Notes: generated by a model from the sequence alone, not told the origin. A stretch of DNA of 54,350 nucleotides from Luteimonas sp. (GCA_036570525.1 DATCYC010000302.1:1-54350); one strand, 5' to 3'; shown: positions 12,190 to 21,714, counted from the first letter of the stretch. Made by a program: numbers and translations.

Positions 12190-12279
12190 GCCGCCTGAGC
12201 GGCGGTACGGGCAGCGCCCCCCGTCAGCCGCCTTGAGCGGGCTCGCACTTCCAAGGCCCCCGGCTTCGCCGGGGGATAC
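12190..12279 (+). mobile_element. Probable IS200/IS605-family right-end remnant (no tnpA); may act as a terminator between convergent genes
   Basis: Hairpin series CCGCC-TGAGC-GGCGG, CCGCCTTGAGCGG, then perfect CCCCCGGC-TTC-GCCGGGGG followed by ATAC. The family call rests on my recall of IS200-like 3' ends. Confidence 0.55.
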
Positions 12280-12356
12280 AAACCCGCCTGCGCAGACTGG
12301 CCGCGGGCAAGCTTGTCTTGCAATCACCGGAAGCGGGCTGGTTTCCCGCGGTTGCC

Positions 12357-14540
12357 TCAGTTCTCGTAAAGCTCGACAACGTATCCGGTGCTGCCGCCAC
12401 TGACGTCGATGCGCCAGCCCTTGCCGTACTCACCGGAGTCGATACTGTTCCAGCTTCGAACGTTCAAGGTTGCATTGGCAGGCTGCAGCACGCGCAGGTG
12501 GAGCCTTCCGGCGCTAGCCTCGCGGCCATTGACGGTGGGCTGGACGGGAACATTGACCTGGAACGTGGCAGTGGTACCGGTGCCGAGGCTGAAGGTGTCA
12601 CTGACGGTGAGCTTGCGCTGTGCGAAGTCGAGCTTGCGCTGCCAGCTTCGCACGGCGGCGTTGCCGCAATAGGCTGGGGTGAGGTTGGCCGTCGCCGAGA
12701 ATGCGCCGTTGCTACCGGGGGTGACAGTCATCGATGAGGTGCTCGGCGCGCACTGGCCGATGACCCGACCACCGTTTTCGAAACGGACCACGTTGTGGGT
12801 TTCGGTGCCCTGCTGGATGCCGCTGTGGCTCCAGATGTTCTCGGTTACGGCCAGCCAGTCGTTGGCGAACAGGGTGAAGCCACCCTGGTCCTGGTGGGCA
12901 TGGCTCTCGTTGTAGGCGCCAGCGCTGAAGGCCACCCACATGGCGGTTTTGGACCAGTCGGTGCGTGCAAACAGGTTGCCGGTGCCCTTGGCGTGGTACA
13001 GCAGTTCGGCGGGAGGCGTGCCGCCGTTGCCGGCAGGCAGCAGGTCATAGCGTCGGTTGAAGCCGTTGTTCATGCGCTGGACGGAGATGTTGTTCAGCCA
13101 CCATGAAGCGTGTTCCCGGGCGAGGGTGTCGTTGGTGATATAGCGCGCTTCGAGCATCAGGCGGCGGTGGTAGTCGTAGAGCTCGGGGACGGAAACGCGC
13201 GCCTGGTCGCCCAGCGGGGCGAAGTAGTCGAGGGTGGGGACGGTGGCGTGGATCCAGTAATGGATGCTGTCGGTGGCGTGGGAGTTGGCATTGCCCAGGT
13301 CGACGCCGGTGGCGTCGCGCCAGGTCTGGTACAGCGAGAACAGGCGCATGTGGGACGTGCCGTAGCCGGTACCTTCAAGGCTGCCCCCGCCGGGCAGCTT
13401 GGCGAAGTAGGCCTGCAGGGCAGGCAGCTTGTCGTTGCGCAGCAGGTTCATCCAGGTGCTGTTGCCGCTGGCCAGTGCCCAGTACATCGTGGCCTCGACG
13501 AAGCTGTAGTAGTAGTTGTTGCCGGGATTACTGGTCGACCAGCCCGACCAGGGGAAGCTGCGTCCGCCCCAGGTTGCATCGCTGGGGTGCCAGACGTTCC
13601 ATATCGCCTGCTCGGCATATGCCGACCAGCGTGTGCGCTGTGCCGAGGCCACCCGGGCACCGCACACGTGCAGGGTCAACGACAGGTCGGCGATCATCGG
13701 GCCGACTTCGAGATACGAATCCCCCGCCACGTCCGGCCTGCCGCCGCCCGCGATGGCCGCCTCTGCACCGGCGACCTGTTCTTCGACCATGGTGACTGCC
13801 AACGTGCAGTAATTCTGGTTGGCGGTAAGCTGGAACATGATCGCGGCTTCGCTCGCCGCAAACCCGTAGCCGCGGTTGCCGTTGACGGCATTGTCCACCC
13901 AGGACTTGAAGCTCGTGTAGGCCTGCGAACGCATGTCGACATATGTCAGGTTGGGGTCCAAGCCAACGCGGCTCGGCCTGGACATGCCGGAGGTGCCCGG
14001 CGCCTGGAAGGAGACATCAGGCCGGTTGGCACCGGGCGCGCCGGTATCGACATGCGCGGGTGTATCGGCCGAAGCAATGGGACGGACGTTGAACGTGCGC
14101 GCGCTGCGACTGGTATCGCCCGCCTTCACCGCGGGTTCGCGGTCGTGCATCGCAACCAGCGAGCGCAGCCACGACAACCCGGACAGGCGTCGCGTGCCGG
14201 GTACGGGTTCTTCGGGAGCTTGCACCCGCGCCGTCGACAGGGGCTGCCCCGCCTGGCGCATGGGCGTGCTTGCCCGAACCTGACCGGTCGCCGGGGATAC
14301 GGTTGACGACACACTGGAGCCGACGGCTGCCGTCAGCTGGGATTGGGTCGCCAGGTCAGCGGGCTGTGCATGCCAAGTGCGGGGCGCATCTCCAGCTGGA
14401 AATCCGGCACTGCCGGATGCATCGACCATGATCATGATGCCGCCAATCAATCCGGCAGCGAAAATGGCCGAGGCCAACGGCAGCAGACGCCGGGAATTCC
14501 GGCGGGACGTACGCGGGGGGAGGTCGGTGGGTGGGTGCAA
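12357..14540 (-). CDS. Exported protein with heparinase II/III-like lyase domains and a long low-complexity N-terminal linker
   Basis: TTG start 7 nt after GAGGA; RR-rich n-region and hydrophobic segment; NNYY, EGTGYG, ARTDW, HAHQDQGGF and HNVV motifs. Confidence 0.7.
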   Translation of the reverse strand: MHPPTDLPPRTSRRNSRRLLPLASAIFAAGLIGGIMIMVDASGSAGFPAGDAPRTWHAQPADLATQSQLTAAVGSSVSSTVSPATGQVRASTPMRQAGQPLSTARVQAPEEPVPGTRRLSGLSWLRSLVAMHDREPAVKAGDTSRSARTFNVRPIASADTPAHVDTGAPGANRPDVSFQAPGTSGMSRPSRVGLDPNLTYVDMRSQAYTSFKSWVDNAVNGNRGYGFAASEAAIMFQLTANQNYCTLAVTMVEEQVAGAEAAIAGGGRPDVAGDSYLEVGPMIADLSLTLHVCGARVASAQRTRWSAYAEQAIWNVWHPSDATWGGRSFPWSGWSTSNPGNNYYYSFVEATMYWALASGNSTWMNLLRNDKLPALQAYFAKLPGGGSLEGTGYGTSHMRLFSLYQTWRDATGVDLGNANSHATDSIHYWIHATVPTLDYFAPLGDQARVSVPELYDYHRRLMLEARYITNDTLAREHASWWLNNISVQRMNNGFNRRYDLLPAGNGGTPPAELLYHAKGTGNLFARTDWSKTAMWVAFSAGAYNESHAHQDQGGFTLFANDWLAVTENIWSHSGIQQGTETHNVVRFENGGRVIGQCAPSTSSMTVTPGSNGAFSATANLTPAYCGNAAVRSWQRKLDFAQRKLTVSDTFSLGTGTTATFQVNVPVQPTVNGREASAGRLHLRVLQPANATLNVRSWNSIDSGEYGKGWRIDVSGGSTGYVVELYEN

Positions 14541-14866
14541 GACGAGTTCCTCTTGCCCTGCGTGGACACGGGCGGCAACAACGATTACTGCCGCTCCAGG
14601 CACCCTCCCTAGGCCATGACACAAGGCTTAAGCGCGAACTATAGGCCGATTTCCGGCGACAAGCGCCCAAATACGTCGATTTGCGACCAGTTGCTCCGAT
14701 TTCCCAGCCAGAACTCAGCCTTCGTAAAGCTGAATGACGAAGCTTGCAGAAATGGTGTCGGGGTGGAGCGCCCCGGGTTCTTCGCGCGTTATCCCTTCCG
14801 GCGCTCGCCGGCTTCCCTCATCCATCGCCGGCTGTTCGGCCGAACTGCCGCTGATCGCCCTGGCGG

Positions 14867-15901
14867 CTATTCGTCCTCGTCGGCCGAGGTCAGCCACAGC
14901 CGCATCTCGAGCGCCTCCTCCTGCGTGCCGGACCATCGCCCGAACACCGGGCGCGCCTCGCGCGCAAGGAAGCCCAGCGCAGGCCAGGCGCCGGTGGCCG
15001 CGGCCGCGCTCAACTCGACCGAAACCGAAGCATGGCCATCCGCGCGTGCGCTGCGCAGCAGGATTGCAACCGCCGTCCGCGACGGCCCGTCTGCTCCGCG
15101 CCGCGACCGGAAGTCGAGCACGTGCAGGCCATGTTCGCGCGTCTCGCAGGCAAACCAGGCATGCAACCCGCCGTCGCGGTCACGCACGACGAGGTAGCGC
15201 GTTCCAGCCAGCGGCGACTGATCGAAGCGCCAGCGCAGGAAATCCAGGTCGCGTGCCGCAACTGGCCCGTCGCCGGCGCCGGGGGATGACCAAAGCGCGG
15301 CCAGGCTCTCGTCCGCTCGCACCTGCCATTGCCCCTGCAGTCGGTTGCCACGCGCGCGCAGGCGCAGGCGGTCGATGGCATCCAGCGCCCAGCCCGCAGG
15401 CGCAGCCAGCAGTGCCGGTACCCGGAGGCGATGCGCGTGGTCGCCATGGCGCAGCACGCGCGCGTGCCGCGACAGCTCGCCGAGTGGCGCGTAGCCGACG
15501 CGCCTGAACACGGCGGCGGCCTTCGGATTGGGAAAACCGTAGAGCAGGTCGAAGCGCTTCGCGCCGGCCTCCATCAGTGCCGTCTGCAATGTCAGCGCCG
15601 GCCCCAGCGACCGGTGTGCGGGCAGCACGGCGAGGTCCACCAGCACGCCCGCCGACACGCGACGACCGCCGAATACCATCTGCCTTGGCCCCGCGCTGGC
15701 AACGCCGACCCACTCGCCGCTGGCCTCGTGCCGCAGCAACAGCGTCAGCGGCGCGCCGTACGGGCACTGGCGGTAGAACCAGTCGTACTTGCGCGCCATG
15801 CGCGCATCCTCACCCAGGTTGCCGCGCCACAGGCCGACGATCAGCTCGCGATCGCGTTCGAGATCGGCTTCATGGACGGTGTAGGCCGGCTGCGGATCCA
15901 T
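14867..15901 (-). CDS. GNAT-family N-acyltransferase
   Basis: DLAVLPAHRSLG (motif A) and LYGFPN. Last gene of the asnB cassette. Confidence 0.85.
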   Translation of the reverse strand: MDPQPAYTVHEADLERDRELIVGLWRGNLGEDARMARKYDWFYRQCPYGAPLTLLLRHEASGEWVGVASAGPRQMVFGGRRVSAGVLVDLAVLPAHRSLGPALTLQTALMEAGAKRFDLLYGFPNPKAAAVFRRVGYAPLGELSRHARVLRHGDHAHRLRVPALLAAPAGWALDAIDRLRLRARGNRLQGQWQVRADESLAALWSSPGAGDGPVAARDLDFLRWRFDQSPLAGTRYLVVRDRDGGLHAWFACETREHGLHVLDFRSRRGADGPSRTAVAILLRSARADGHASVSVELSAAAATGAWPALGFLAREARPVFGRWSGTQEEALEMRLWLTSADEDE

Positions 15902-15904
15902 GTG

Positions 15905-16894
15905 TCAGTGCCGGTGCGGTTCCGGCACCGGCTCGACCAGCACCGGCGGCCGGTGCAGGTAGGCGGTGGTGCGGCGCTTGGCGCGGATGTCGTCGTGGAC
16001 GGCCTGCGCCTGCGCCTGGGTCACGCCCAGCGCGGCGGCAAGTTCCCCGACGGGCCTGTCGTGGTTCAGCGCCCACAGCGCCAGGTCCATCTGCGCGTAC
16101 GGAAGCGCGAAGTAGAACTCGTCCTGTCCCTGCGCCAGCGAATAGGTATCGGTGGTCGGCGTGGCCGAGGTCACGCGCTCGGGCAGGCCGAGGAACCGCG
16201 CCATGCCGTAGACCTGGCTCTTGTACAGGTGCGCGATCGGCTTGACGTCGGCCGCGCCGTCGCCGTTCTTGACGAAGAAGCCCTGGTCGTACTCCAGCCG
16301 GTTCGGCGTGCCGGTCACCGCGTAGTTCAGCTTGTCGGCGTGGAAGTATTCGAGCGTCTTGCGGATACGCTGCTTGAAGTTGGTGGCCGCGACGATGGTC
16401 AGGTAGGCATCGAGCGGCAGGTCCTGCTCGTGGCGGTCGCCGGACGGATCCTCGGCGACGATGCGGAAGCGGTTGATCAGGCCCTGGGTACCACCTGCGA
16501 TCGCGATCTTGAACTTCCAGCCCTCGCCGTAGCCCGGCAACACCGTGCGCACGGCATCGTCGCGCGCTTCGTAGCAGCCGATGGCGGCCAGCGCCGGTGC
16601 GATGTCGTGGGTGTGCACGCGCACGCCCAGGTGCTGCGCCAGCAGGTTCGCGCGCACCGCGCTGTCGTCGCTGGAATCGCGCTCGGGCAGGATCAGGCAG
16701 AACACGCGCTCCGGCCCCAGGGCACGCACCGCGAGCGCGGCGCAGGTGGTGCTGTCGATGCCGCCGGAGATGGCGACCACCAGCCCGCGCCGGTGCAGGT
16801 CGCGCGCGACGATGTGGCGCAGGCGCTGCGCGATGCGGTCGGCCTCGGCGGCGTAGTCCAGCTCCAGCACGGAAGGATCGAGCGTGGTCATCAT
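15905..16894 (-). CDS. nadE: NH3-dependent NAD+ synthetase-like N-type ATP pyrophosphatase
   Basis: SGGIDS PP-loop, NFKQRIRK, GTPNRLE, GFFVKNGDG and KPIAHLYKSQVY. ATGA overlap with the upstream ligase. Context suggests a paralogue. Confidence 0.88.
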   Translation of the reverse strand: MMTTLDPSVLELDYAAEADRIAQRLRHIVARDLHRRGLVVAISGGIDSTTCAALAVRALGPERVFCLILPERDSSDDSAVRANLLAQHLGVRVHTHDIAPALAAIGCYEARDDAVRTVLPGYGEGWKFKIAIAGGTQGLINRFRIVAEDPSGDRHEQDLPLDAYLTIVAATNFKQRIRKTLEYFHADKLNYAVTGTPNRLEYDQGFFVKNGDGAADVKPIAHLYKSQVYGMARFLGLPERVTSATPTTDTYSLAQGQDEFYFALPYAQMDLALWALNHDRPVGELAAALGVTQAQAQAVHDDIRAKRRTTAYLHRPPVLVEPVPEPHRH

Positions 16895-18390
16895 GTCCCC
16901 TGTGTCAATGCGGCGCGCCGGACCTTTCCGGACGCGGTCCTCGGCAGTTCCGCCACGAAGGCGACCTGCTTCGGGATCTTGTAGCCTGCCAGCCGCTGCC
17001 GGCAGTGCGCCTTGACCGCTGTTTCGTTCGGCACGTCGCCGTCCCTGACGAGGAAAGCGGCGACGACCTGGCCGAGGAGTGCGTCGTCCACGCCGGTGAC
17101 CGCGACTTCGCGAACGCCCGGCAGCTCGGCGATCACCTCTTCCACGTCCTGCGGATGCACGCGGTGTGCGCCGGTCTTGATCATGTCGCTGCGGCGACCT
17201 GCAAGCCACAGGAAACCGTCGGCGTCGAGGTGGCCGAGGTCGCCGGTGCGCAGCCAGCCGTCGACCAGGGTCGCGGCGGTCGCCTCCGGCGCGTTCCAGT
17301 ACCCGGTCATGACATTGTCGCCGCGGGCACAGACCTCGCCGGCCTCGCCCGGCGAAGCTTCACTGCCGTCCACTCGCCGCACCCGGATCTCGACGCCGTC
17401 GATCGGCGTGCCGACCGAGCCGAGCTTGTCGTCCAGCCGTTCCGGCGTCAGGCGGGTCAGCCGCGCGCTGGCCTCGGTCTGGCCGTACATCACGAACAGC
17501 CGCGCCTGCGGGAAGGCGGCGTGCACCCGCCGGGTGAGCGCCGGCGCCATCGCGCCGCCGGCCTGTGTGAGGTAGCGCAGCGACGACAGGTCGTACTGGT
17601 CCAGCCGGCCGCGATCGAGCAGCAGCGCGAACGTCGACGGCACGCCCGGAAAGCCGGTGACGCGCTCGCGCGCGAGCGCCTCGGCGACCAGGTGCGGGAA
17701 CACGAGGTTGTCCTCGAGTACCACCCGCGCGCCGACCGCCAGGTGCGTGTGCAGCACCGAGGCGCCGTAGGCGTAGTGGAACGGCAGCACGCTGACCGTG
17801 CTGTCGTCGGCATCCAGCTGCAGGTAATCGATGATCGCGGCCGCGTTCGCGGCCAGGTTGCGATGCGACAGCGCCACGCCCTTGGGCGCGCCGGTGGTGC
17901 CCGAGGTGTAGAGGATCGCCGCCAGCATGTCGGCATCGGGCATCGGCAGGTCGCCGCCCGCCCCGGTGCCGGCGGCCGCGAACGCCTCGTCCGGGGGCGA
18001 CGCCATGTCGGGCACCAGCGCGGGCACCCCGGCGATGTGCGCCGCCTGCCCCGCATCGCCGTGCCCCGCGGCATGCACCAGCAAGCGCGCGCCGCTGTGC
18101 CGAAGCCAGGGCACGAAGTCGCGCTCGCGTGCCTGTGCATTCATCGGCACGACTGCCGCACCCGCGCGCCAGATGCCGTACCAGGCGATGGCGGCCTCGA
18201 TGCCGTTGGAAAGGGACAGCGCGACGCGATCACCCGGCTGCACGCCGCGCGCGCGCAGCGCAACTGCAAGACGGAGTGCAGCTTCGCGCAGCCCGCGATA
18301 ATCGATACGGCGATCGCCCTTCTGGATCGCAGTGTGTGTCGGCATCGCCGCCGCGGTGTGCTCCAGACGCGCGACCAGCACCTGCATCAT
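16891..18390 (-). CDS. Acyl-CoA/acyl-ACP ligase (class I adenylate-forming enzyme)
   Basis: YTSGTTGAPKG, YGQTE, TGDLG, GRRSDMIK and PRTASGKV. Confidence 0.93.
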   Translation of the reverse strand: MMQVLVARLEHTAAAMPTHTAIQKGDRRIDYRGLREAALRLAVALRARGVQPGDRVALSLSNGIEAAIAWYGIWRAGAAVVPMNAQARERDFVPWLRHSGARLLVHAAGHGDAGQAAHIAGVPALVPDMASPPDEAFAAAGTGAGGDLPMPDADMLAAILYTSGTTGAPKGVALSHRNLAANAAAIIDYLQLDADDSTVSVLPFHYAYGASVLHTHLAVGARVVLEDNLVFPHLVAEALARERVTGFPGVPSTFALLLDRGRLDQYDLSSLRYLTQAGGAMAPALTRRVHAAFPQARLFVMYGQTEASARLTRLTPERLDDKLGSVGTPIDGVEIRVRRVDGSEASPGEAGEVCARGDNVMTGYWNAPEATAATLVDGWLRTGDLGHLDADGFLWLAGRRSDMIKTGAHRVHPQDVEEVIAELPGVREVAVTGVDDALLGQVVAAFLVRDGDVPNETAVKAHCRQRLAGYKIPKQVAFVAELPRTASGKVRRAALTQGT

Positions 18391-18399
18391 GAACCCCGC

Positions 18400-18648
18400 T
18401 CAGGCGGCCAGGCGGCCGTCGAGATAGCGGTCGATGGCCCCGAGGCTGTCGAAGTTGGCCGGCGTCATGTCCTCCGCCGGCACCCGCACGGGCCAGGTCT
18501 CCTCGATGAAGACGATCAGTTCCAGGATGCCGGTGGAATCGACGATGCCCTGCTGGATGAGGGAAGTATCATCGGTGAACGCAGAGTCGTCGTCGGTAAA
18601 CAGGAAATTGCCGAGGATGAACTGCTTGATCTCTTGCCGTCGACCCAT
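18400..18648 (-). CDS. Acyl carrier protein
   Basis: 82-aa acidic protein with GIVDSTGILEL phosphopantetheinylation motif and NFDSL. Confidence 0.92.
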   Translation of the reverse strand: MGRRQEIKQFILGNFLFTDDDSAFTDDTSLIQQGIVDSTGILELIVFIEETWPVRVPAEDMTPANFDSLGAIDRYLDGRLAA

Positions 18649-18912
18649 GTGGTTCCATTGCCCCGTTCAAGCTGATTGGATGATGCCTTTCGACCCGCAC
18701 GCCACACATCCCGGACCCGTGCGCGTCCTGCATGTCGGTTTCGTTACCGGAGGCCTGTGCCTCCTGCTTCACGCTTGCCGCTTGTGGACTAGAACGTGAT
18801 CCGGAGAGCGGTGCGGACATCGCGTCCACGCCGCACTACCACGTCGATGCGCAGACCGAGGTCCTGGAAGGCGGGCAGGGCCGCTTTTCCGCTGACAGTT
18901 GACCAGCCGCTC

Positions 18913-20856
18913 TCAGCCGATCCCGGCGCCCGGGCGCTGGCGCAACAGCAGCAGCGTCGACAGCACGCCGACGAACGCCTGGTTGTCGGCAAAACCGACC
19001 ACCCTGCCGGCGCGCGCCTTGGCGAACAGCCGCGTGGTCGCATCGACGTCGAACAGACCGCTGGCGCGCAGGTTGTCCGCCGAAAACAGGTCGGCCACGT
19101 AATCCAGCGGCTTGCCGCCGACGAAGAAGCTGGCGCTGTCCGGCGCACGGTAGGGCTGCTTGGTGCGCCGGGCGATGTCGTCCGGCAGCAGGTCGGCTAG
19201 CGCGCGACGCAGGATGTGCTTCTCGGTCAGGCCGCGGATCTTCCACGACGGCGGCAGGGTGTTGGCGAACTCCACCAGGGTGTGGTCGAGGTAGGGATAG
19301 CGGCCCTCGATCGAAGCGGCCATCGCCACCCGGTCGCCCTGCGCGGCGAGCAGGTAGCCGGCCAGCAGCGTCTTCGCCTCGACGTACTGGTCGCGGCCCA
19401 GCGGCGCCCAGTCGAGGATGTCCGCGGGCAGGCGCGATTCGGCGAACGCCAGCGCGTCCCACTGCAACGCCTGCGCGCGCAGCTCCGGCGCCAGGAACGC
19501 GAACGCGCGCCTTGAAGTGGCCCAGCGCGGCACGTGCGCGAAGATCGCGCGGTCGATGTGTTCCCTGCCCTGCCCGAAGAACGAGGCGGCGAATGCCGGG
19601 TTCGCCGCCGGCGAATTCTCCAGGTAGCCGTACAGCCGCGACAGCAGCTTCGGCCGCAGCGTCGAGTCCGGCTGCCGCGCCCAGAAGCGACGCACCTTGG
19701 CTTCCTTGAACAGGTCGTAGCCGCCGAACACCTCGTCGGCACCCTCGCCGGTCAGCACCACGGTGTAGCCGTGTGCGCGCACCGAATCGGCCAGCAGCAT
19801 CAGCGGCACCGCCGCGGTCCGCAGCACCGGCGTTTCGGTGTGTGCGACCAGGCGCGGGAAGGCTTCGCCGATCTGCGCCGGGCCGATGCGCAGCGTGGAA
19901 TGCTCGGTTCCCAGGTGCCGCACCATCGCCAGCTGGTGCGCGCTTTCGTCGAACTCGGGCTGGTCGAATGCGACCGAGAACGTGCGCACCGGCGTGTCTG
20001 TGAAACCGCGGACCAGCGCGACGATGCCCGAGGAGTCCAGGCCACCGCTGAGGTAGGCGCCGACCGGAACGTCAGCCCGCAGCTGCAGGCGCACCGCGTC
20101 GACCAGCCGTTCGCGCAGTTCGCCGACCGCCTGCTCGATGTCCCCGAACCGCGCCGGCCGCGTGTCCGCCGCGTCGGGGAACGTCCAGTCCCAGTAGCGT
20201 GTCAGCGTTTCGCGGCCGTCTGCTTCGATGGCCAGCACGTGCCCCGGCGGCAGGCTGTGGACGCCCTCCCACGCGGTGTCCGGATCCAGCGGCGCCCAGT
20301 AGCTGAAAGCCTGCAGCAAACCGCGCACGGACAGCTGCGCGCGCCCGGGCACCGCCGCGAACAGCGCCTTGGGTTCCGATGCGAACCACAGCGTGCCGTC
20401 CGCCTTCGTCCAGTACAGCGGCCTGATCCCGACCCGGTCGCGCGCCAGCACCAGCCGCCGGCTCGCGCCGTCCCATAGCGCGATCGCGAACTGGCCGTTG
20501 AGATGCTCGACGAAGCGGTCGCCATAGCGGTCGTAGAGGTGGACGATAACTTCCGTGTCCGAGCGCGTGTAGAACACATGCCCGCGCGCCTCGAGTTCGG
20601 CGCGCAGCTCGACGAAGTTGAAGATCTCGCCGTTGAACACCGTCCACACCGTGCGTGCGGGGTTGTGGATCGGCTGGTCGCCGGTGGCCAGGTCGATGAT
20701 CGAAAGTCGCGCGTGCGCCAGGCCGACGCCGGGTTCGGCGTGGAAGCCGTAGCCGTCCGGTCCGCGGTGCGCGAGGGTGTGGATCATTCTTTCCAGCAGC
20801 GCCCGCTCCGCGCCTTCCGGCGCTGGATCGCCGAGATAGCCCGCCAGTCCGCACAC
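18913..20856 (-). CDS. asnB: Asparagine synthase (glutamine-hydrolysing)-like amidotransferase
   Basis: N-terminal (M)CGLAG, HRGPD, RLSIID, NGEIFN, LSGGLDSS and TGEGADEVFGGY. Confidence 0.95.
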   Translation of the reverse strand: MCGLAGYLGDPAPEGAERALLERMIHTLAHRGPDGYGFHAEPGVGLAHARLSIIDLATGDQPIHNPARTVWTVFNGEIFNFVELRAELEARGHVFYTRSDTEVIVHLYDRYGDRFVEHLNGQFAIALWDGASRRLVLARDRVGIRPLYWTKADGTLWFASEPKALFAAVPGRAQLSVRGLLQAFSYWAPLDPDTAWEGVHSLPPGHVLAIEADGRETLTRYWDWTFPDAADTRPARFGDIEQAVGELRERLVDAVRLQLRADVPVGAYLSGGLDSSGIVALVRGFTDTPVRTFSVAFDQPEFDESAHQLAMVRHLGTEHSTLRIGPAQIGEAFPRLVAHTETPVLRTAAVPLMLLADSVRAHGYTVVLTGEGADEVFGGYDLFKEAKVRRFWARQPDSTLRPKLLSRLYGYLENSPAANPAFAASFFGQGREHIDRAIFAHVPRWATSRRAFAFLAPELRAQALQWDALAFAESRLPADILDWAPLGRDQYVEAKTLLAGYLLAAQGDRVAMAASIEGRYPYLDHTLVEFANTLPPSWKIRGLTEKHILRRALADLLPDDIARRTKQPYRAPDSASFFVGGKPLDYVADLFSADNLRASGLFDVDATTRLFAKARAGRVVGFADNQAFVGVLSTLLLLRQRPGAGIG

Positions 20857-20970
20857 GGCTCAGCGCTCCCCGCGCGCGATGCTGCGTGGCGTCGAACGAC
20901 TCATCCGGGATTGCGCCACCAGCACACCAGCCATGTTTCCCCCTCGTGTTGGTTGAATCGGCTCATGTGT

Positions 20971-21714
20971 TCATCGCTGCCGTGTCGACGCTTGCGCAAC
21001 CGGAGGACAGCGGTGCGCGCCGGCACTGGCCACGGAGGTCGCCGCCGTTCCGGGAGGACTGGATCGGGAAGCCTTCAGCGGATGCAGCGGCGAGCTGTAC
21101 CAATCGACGACCTGCGCGCATTCGAAACGCACCCAGGATGATCCGTACTGCCAATGGGTGCCTCCAAGCTCGCGACTGACCGGATGACCCAGCAATGCGA
21201 CCACGTCCCGCTCGGGCATTCCCTGTCGCAGGGCAATGGCCGCGGAGGGCGTCGATTCCCGTTTGTTTTCGACAACACTCTCGAGGAATCCCGGCAACGG
21301 GGCGTCGGTGCGCGCAAGCCACCACACCAGCAATGCCGTCACCAGCACGATGCCATACACGACCACCCTCGACGGCCTGCGCGTTTCCGTTTCCGTTTCT
21401 GTTCCGAGCTCCGGCTCCGTCCCGACCGCGACCGCGTCGCTCATCCGGCGCGACTGCTCGACGGGATCGCGGCGGCGCTGCGCGGAAGGCGCCGGCGGCG
21501 CACCGGGCAGGCGGCCGTAGTGGCGGTGGAAATCGAGCGCCGCGGCGTAGCGCTGATTCAGGGATTTGAGTTCGTCCTCGTCCGAATCACCGCCGCGATC
21601 GGGATGCAGGTCGGCCACCCGGCGCCTGTAGGCCAACCGCAGGCCGTCCACGGAACAGTCGGGGCCGACGCCAAGCTCACGGTAAAGGACGATGAAGTCG
21701 GTCTGGTCAATCAT
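20971..21714 (-). CDS. J-domain protein with TM helix and small exported C-terminal domain
   Basis: AYRRRVADLHPDRG (HPD motif), TM VVVYGIVLVTALLVWWL and a C-terminal GMxxxxVxxLLGxP motif. Start trimmed to ATG 21714. Confidence 0.85.
   Translation of the reverse strand: MIDQTDFIVLYRELGVGPDCSVDGLRLAYRRRVADLHPDRGGDSDEDELKSLNQRYAAALDFHRHYGRLPGAPPAPSAQRRRDPVEQSRRMSDAVAVGTEPELGTETETETRRPSRVVVYGIVLVTALLVWWLARTDAPLPGFLESVVENKRESTPSAAIALRQGMPERDVVALLGHPVSRELGGTHWQYGSSWVRFECAQVVDWYSSPLHPLKASRSSPPGTAATSVASAGAHRCPPVAQASTRQR

Noticed and set aside
12297-12315. GG-N10-GC sigma54-like spacing
   Set aside because: It lacks the TGGCAC/TTGC context and has no downstream gene on that strand. No convincing sigma54 promoter was found in the locus.
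21383-21405. GTTTCC-like short tandem repeat
   Set aside because: It encodes an ETETET linker in the J-domain protein; in-frame and too short to suggest phase variation.
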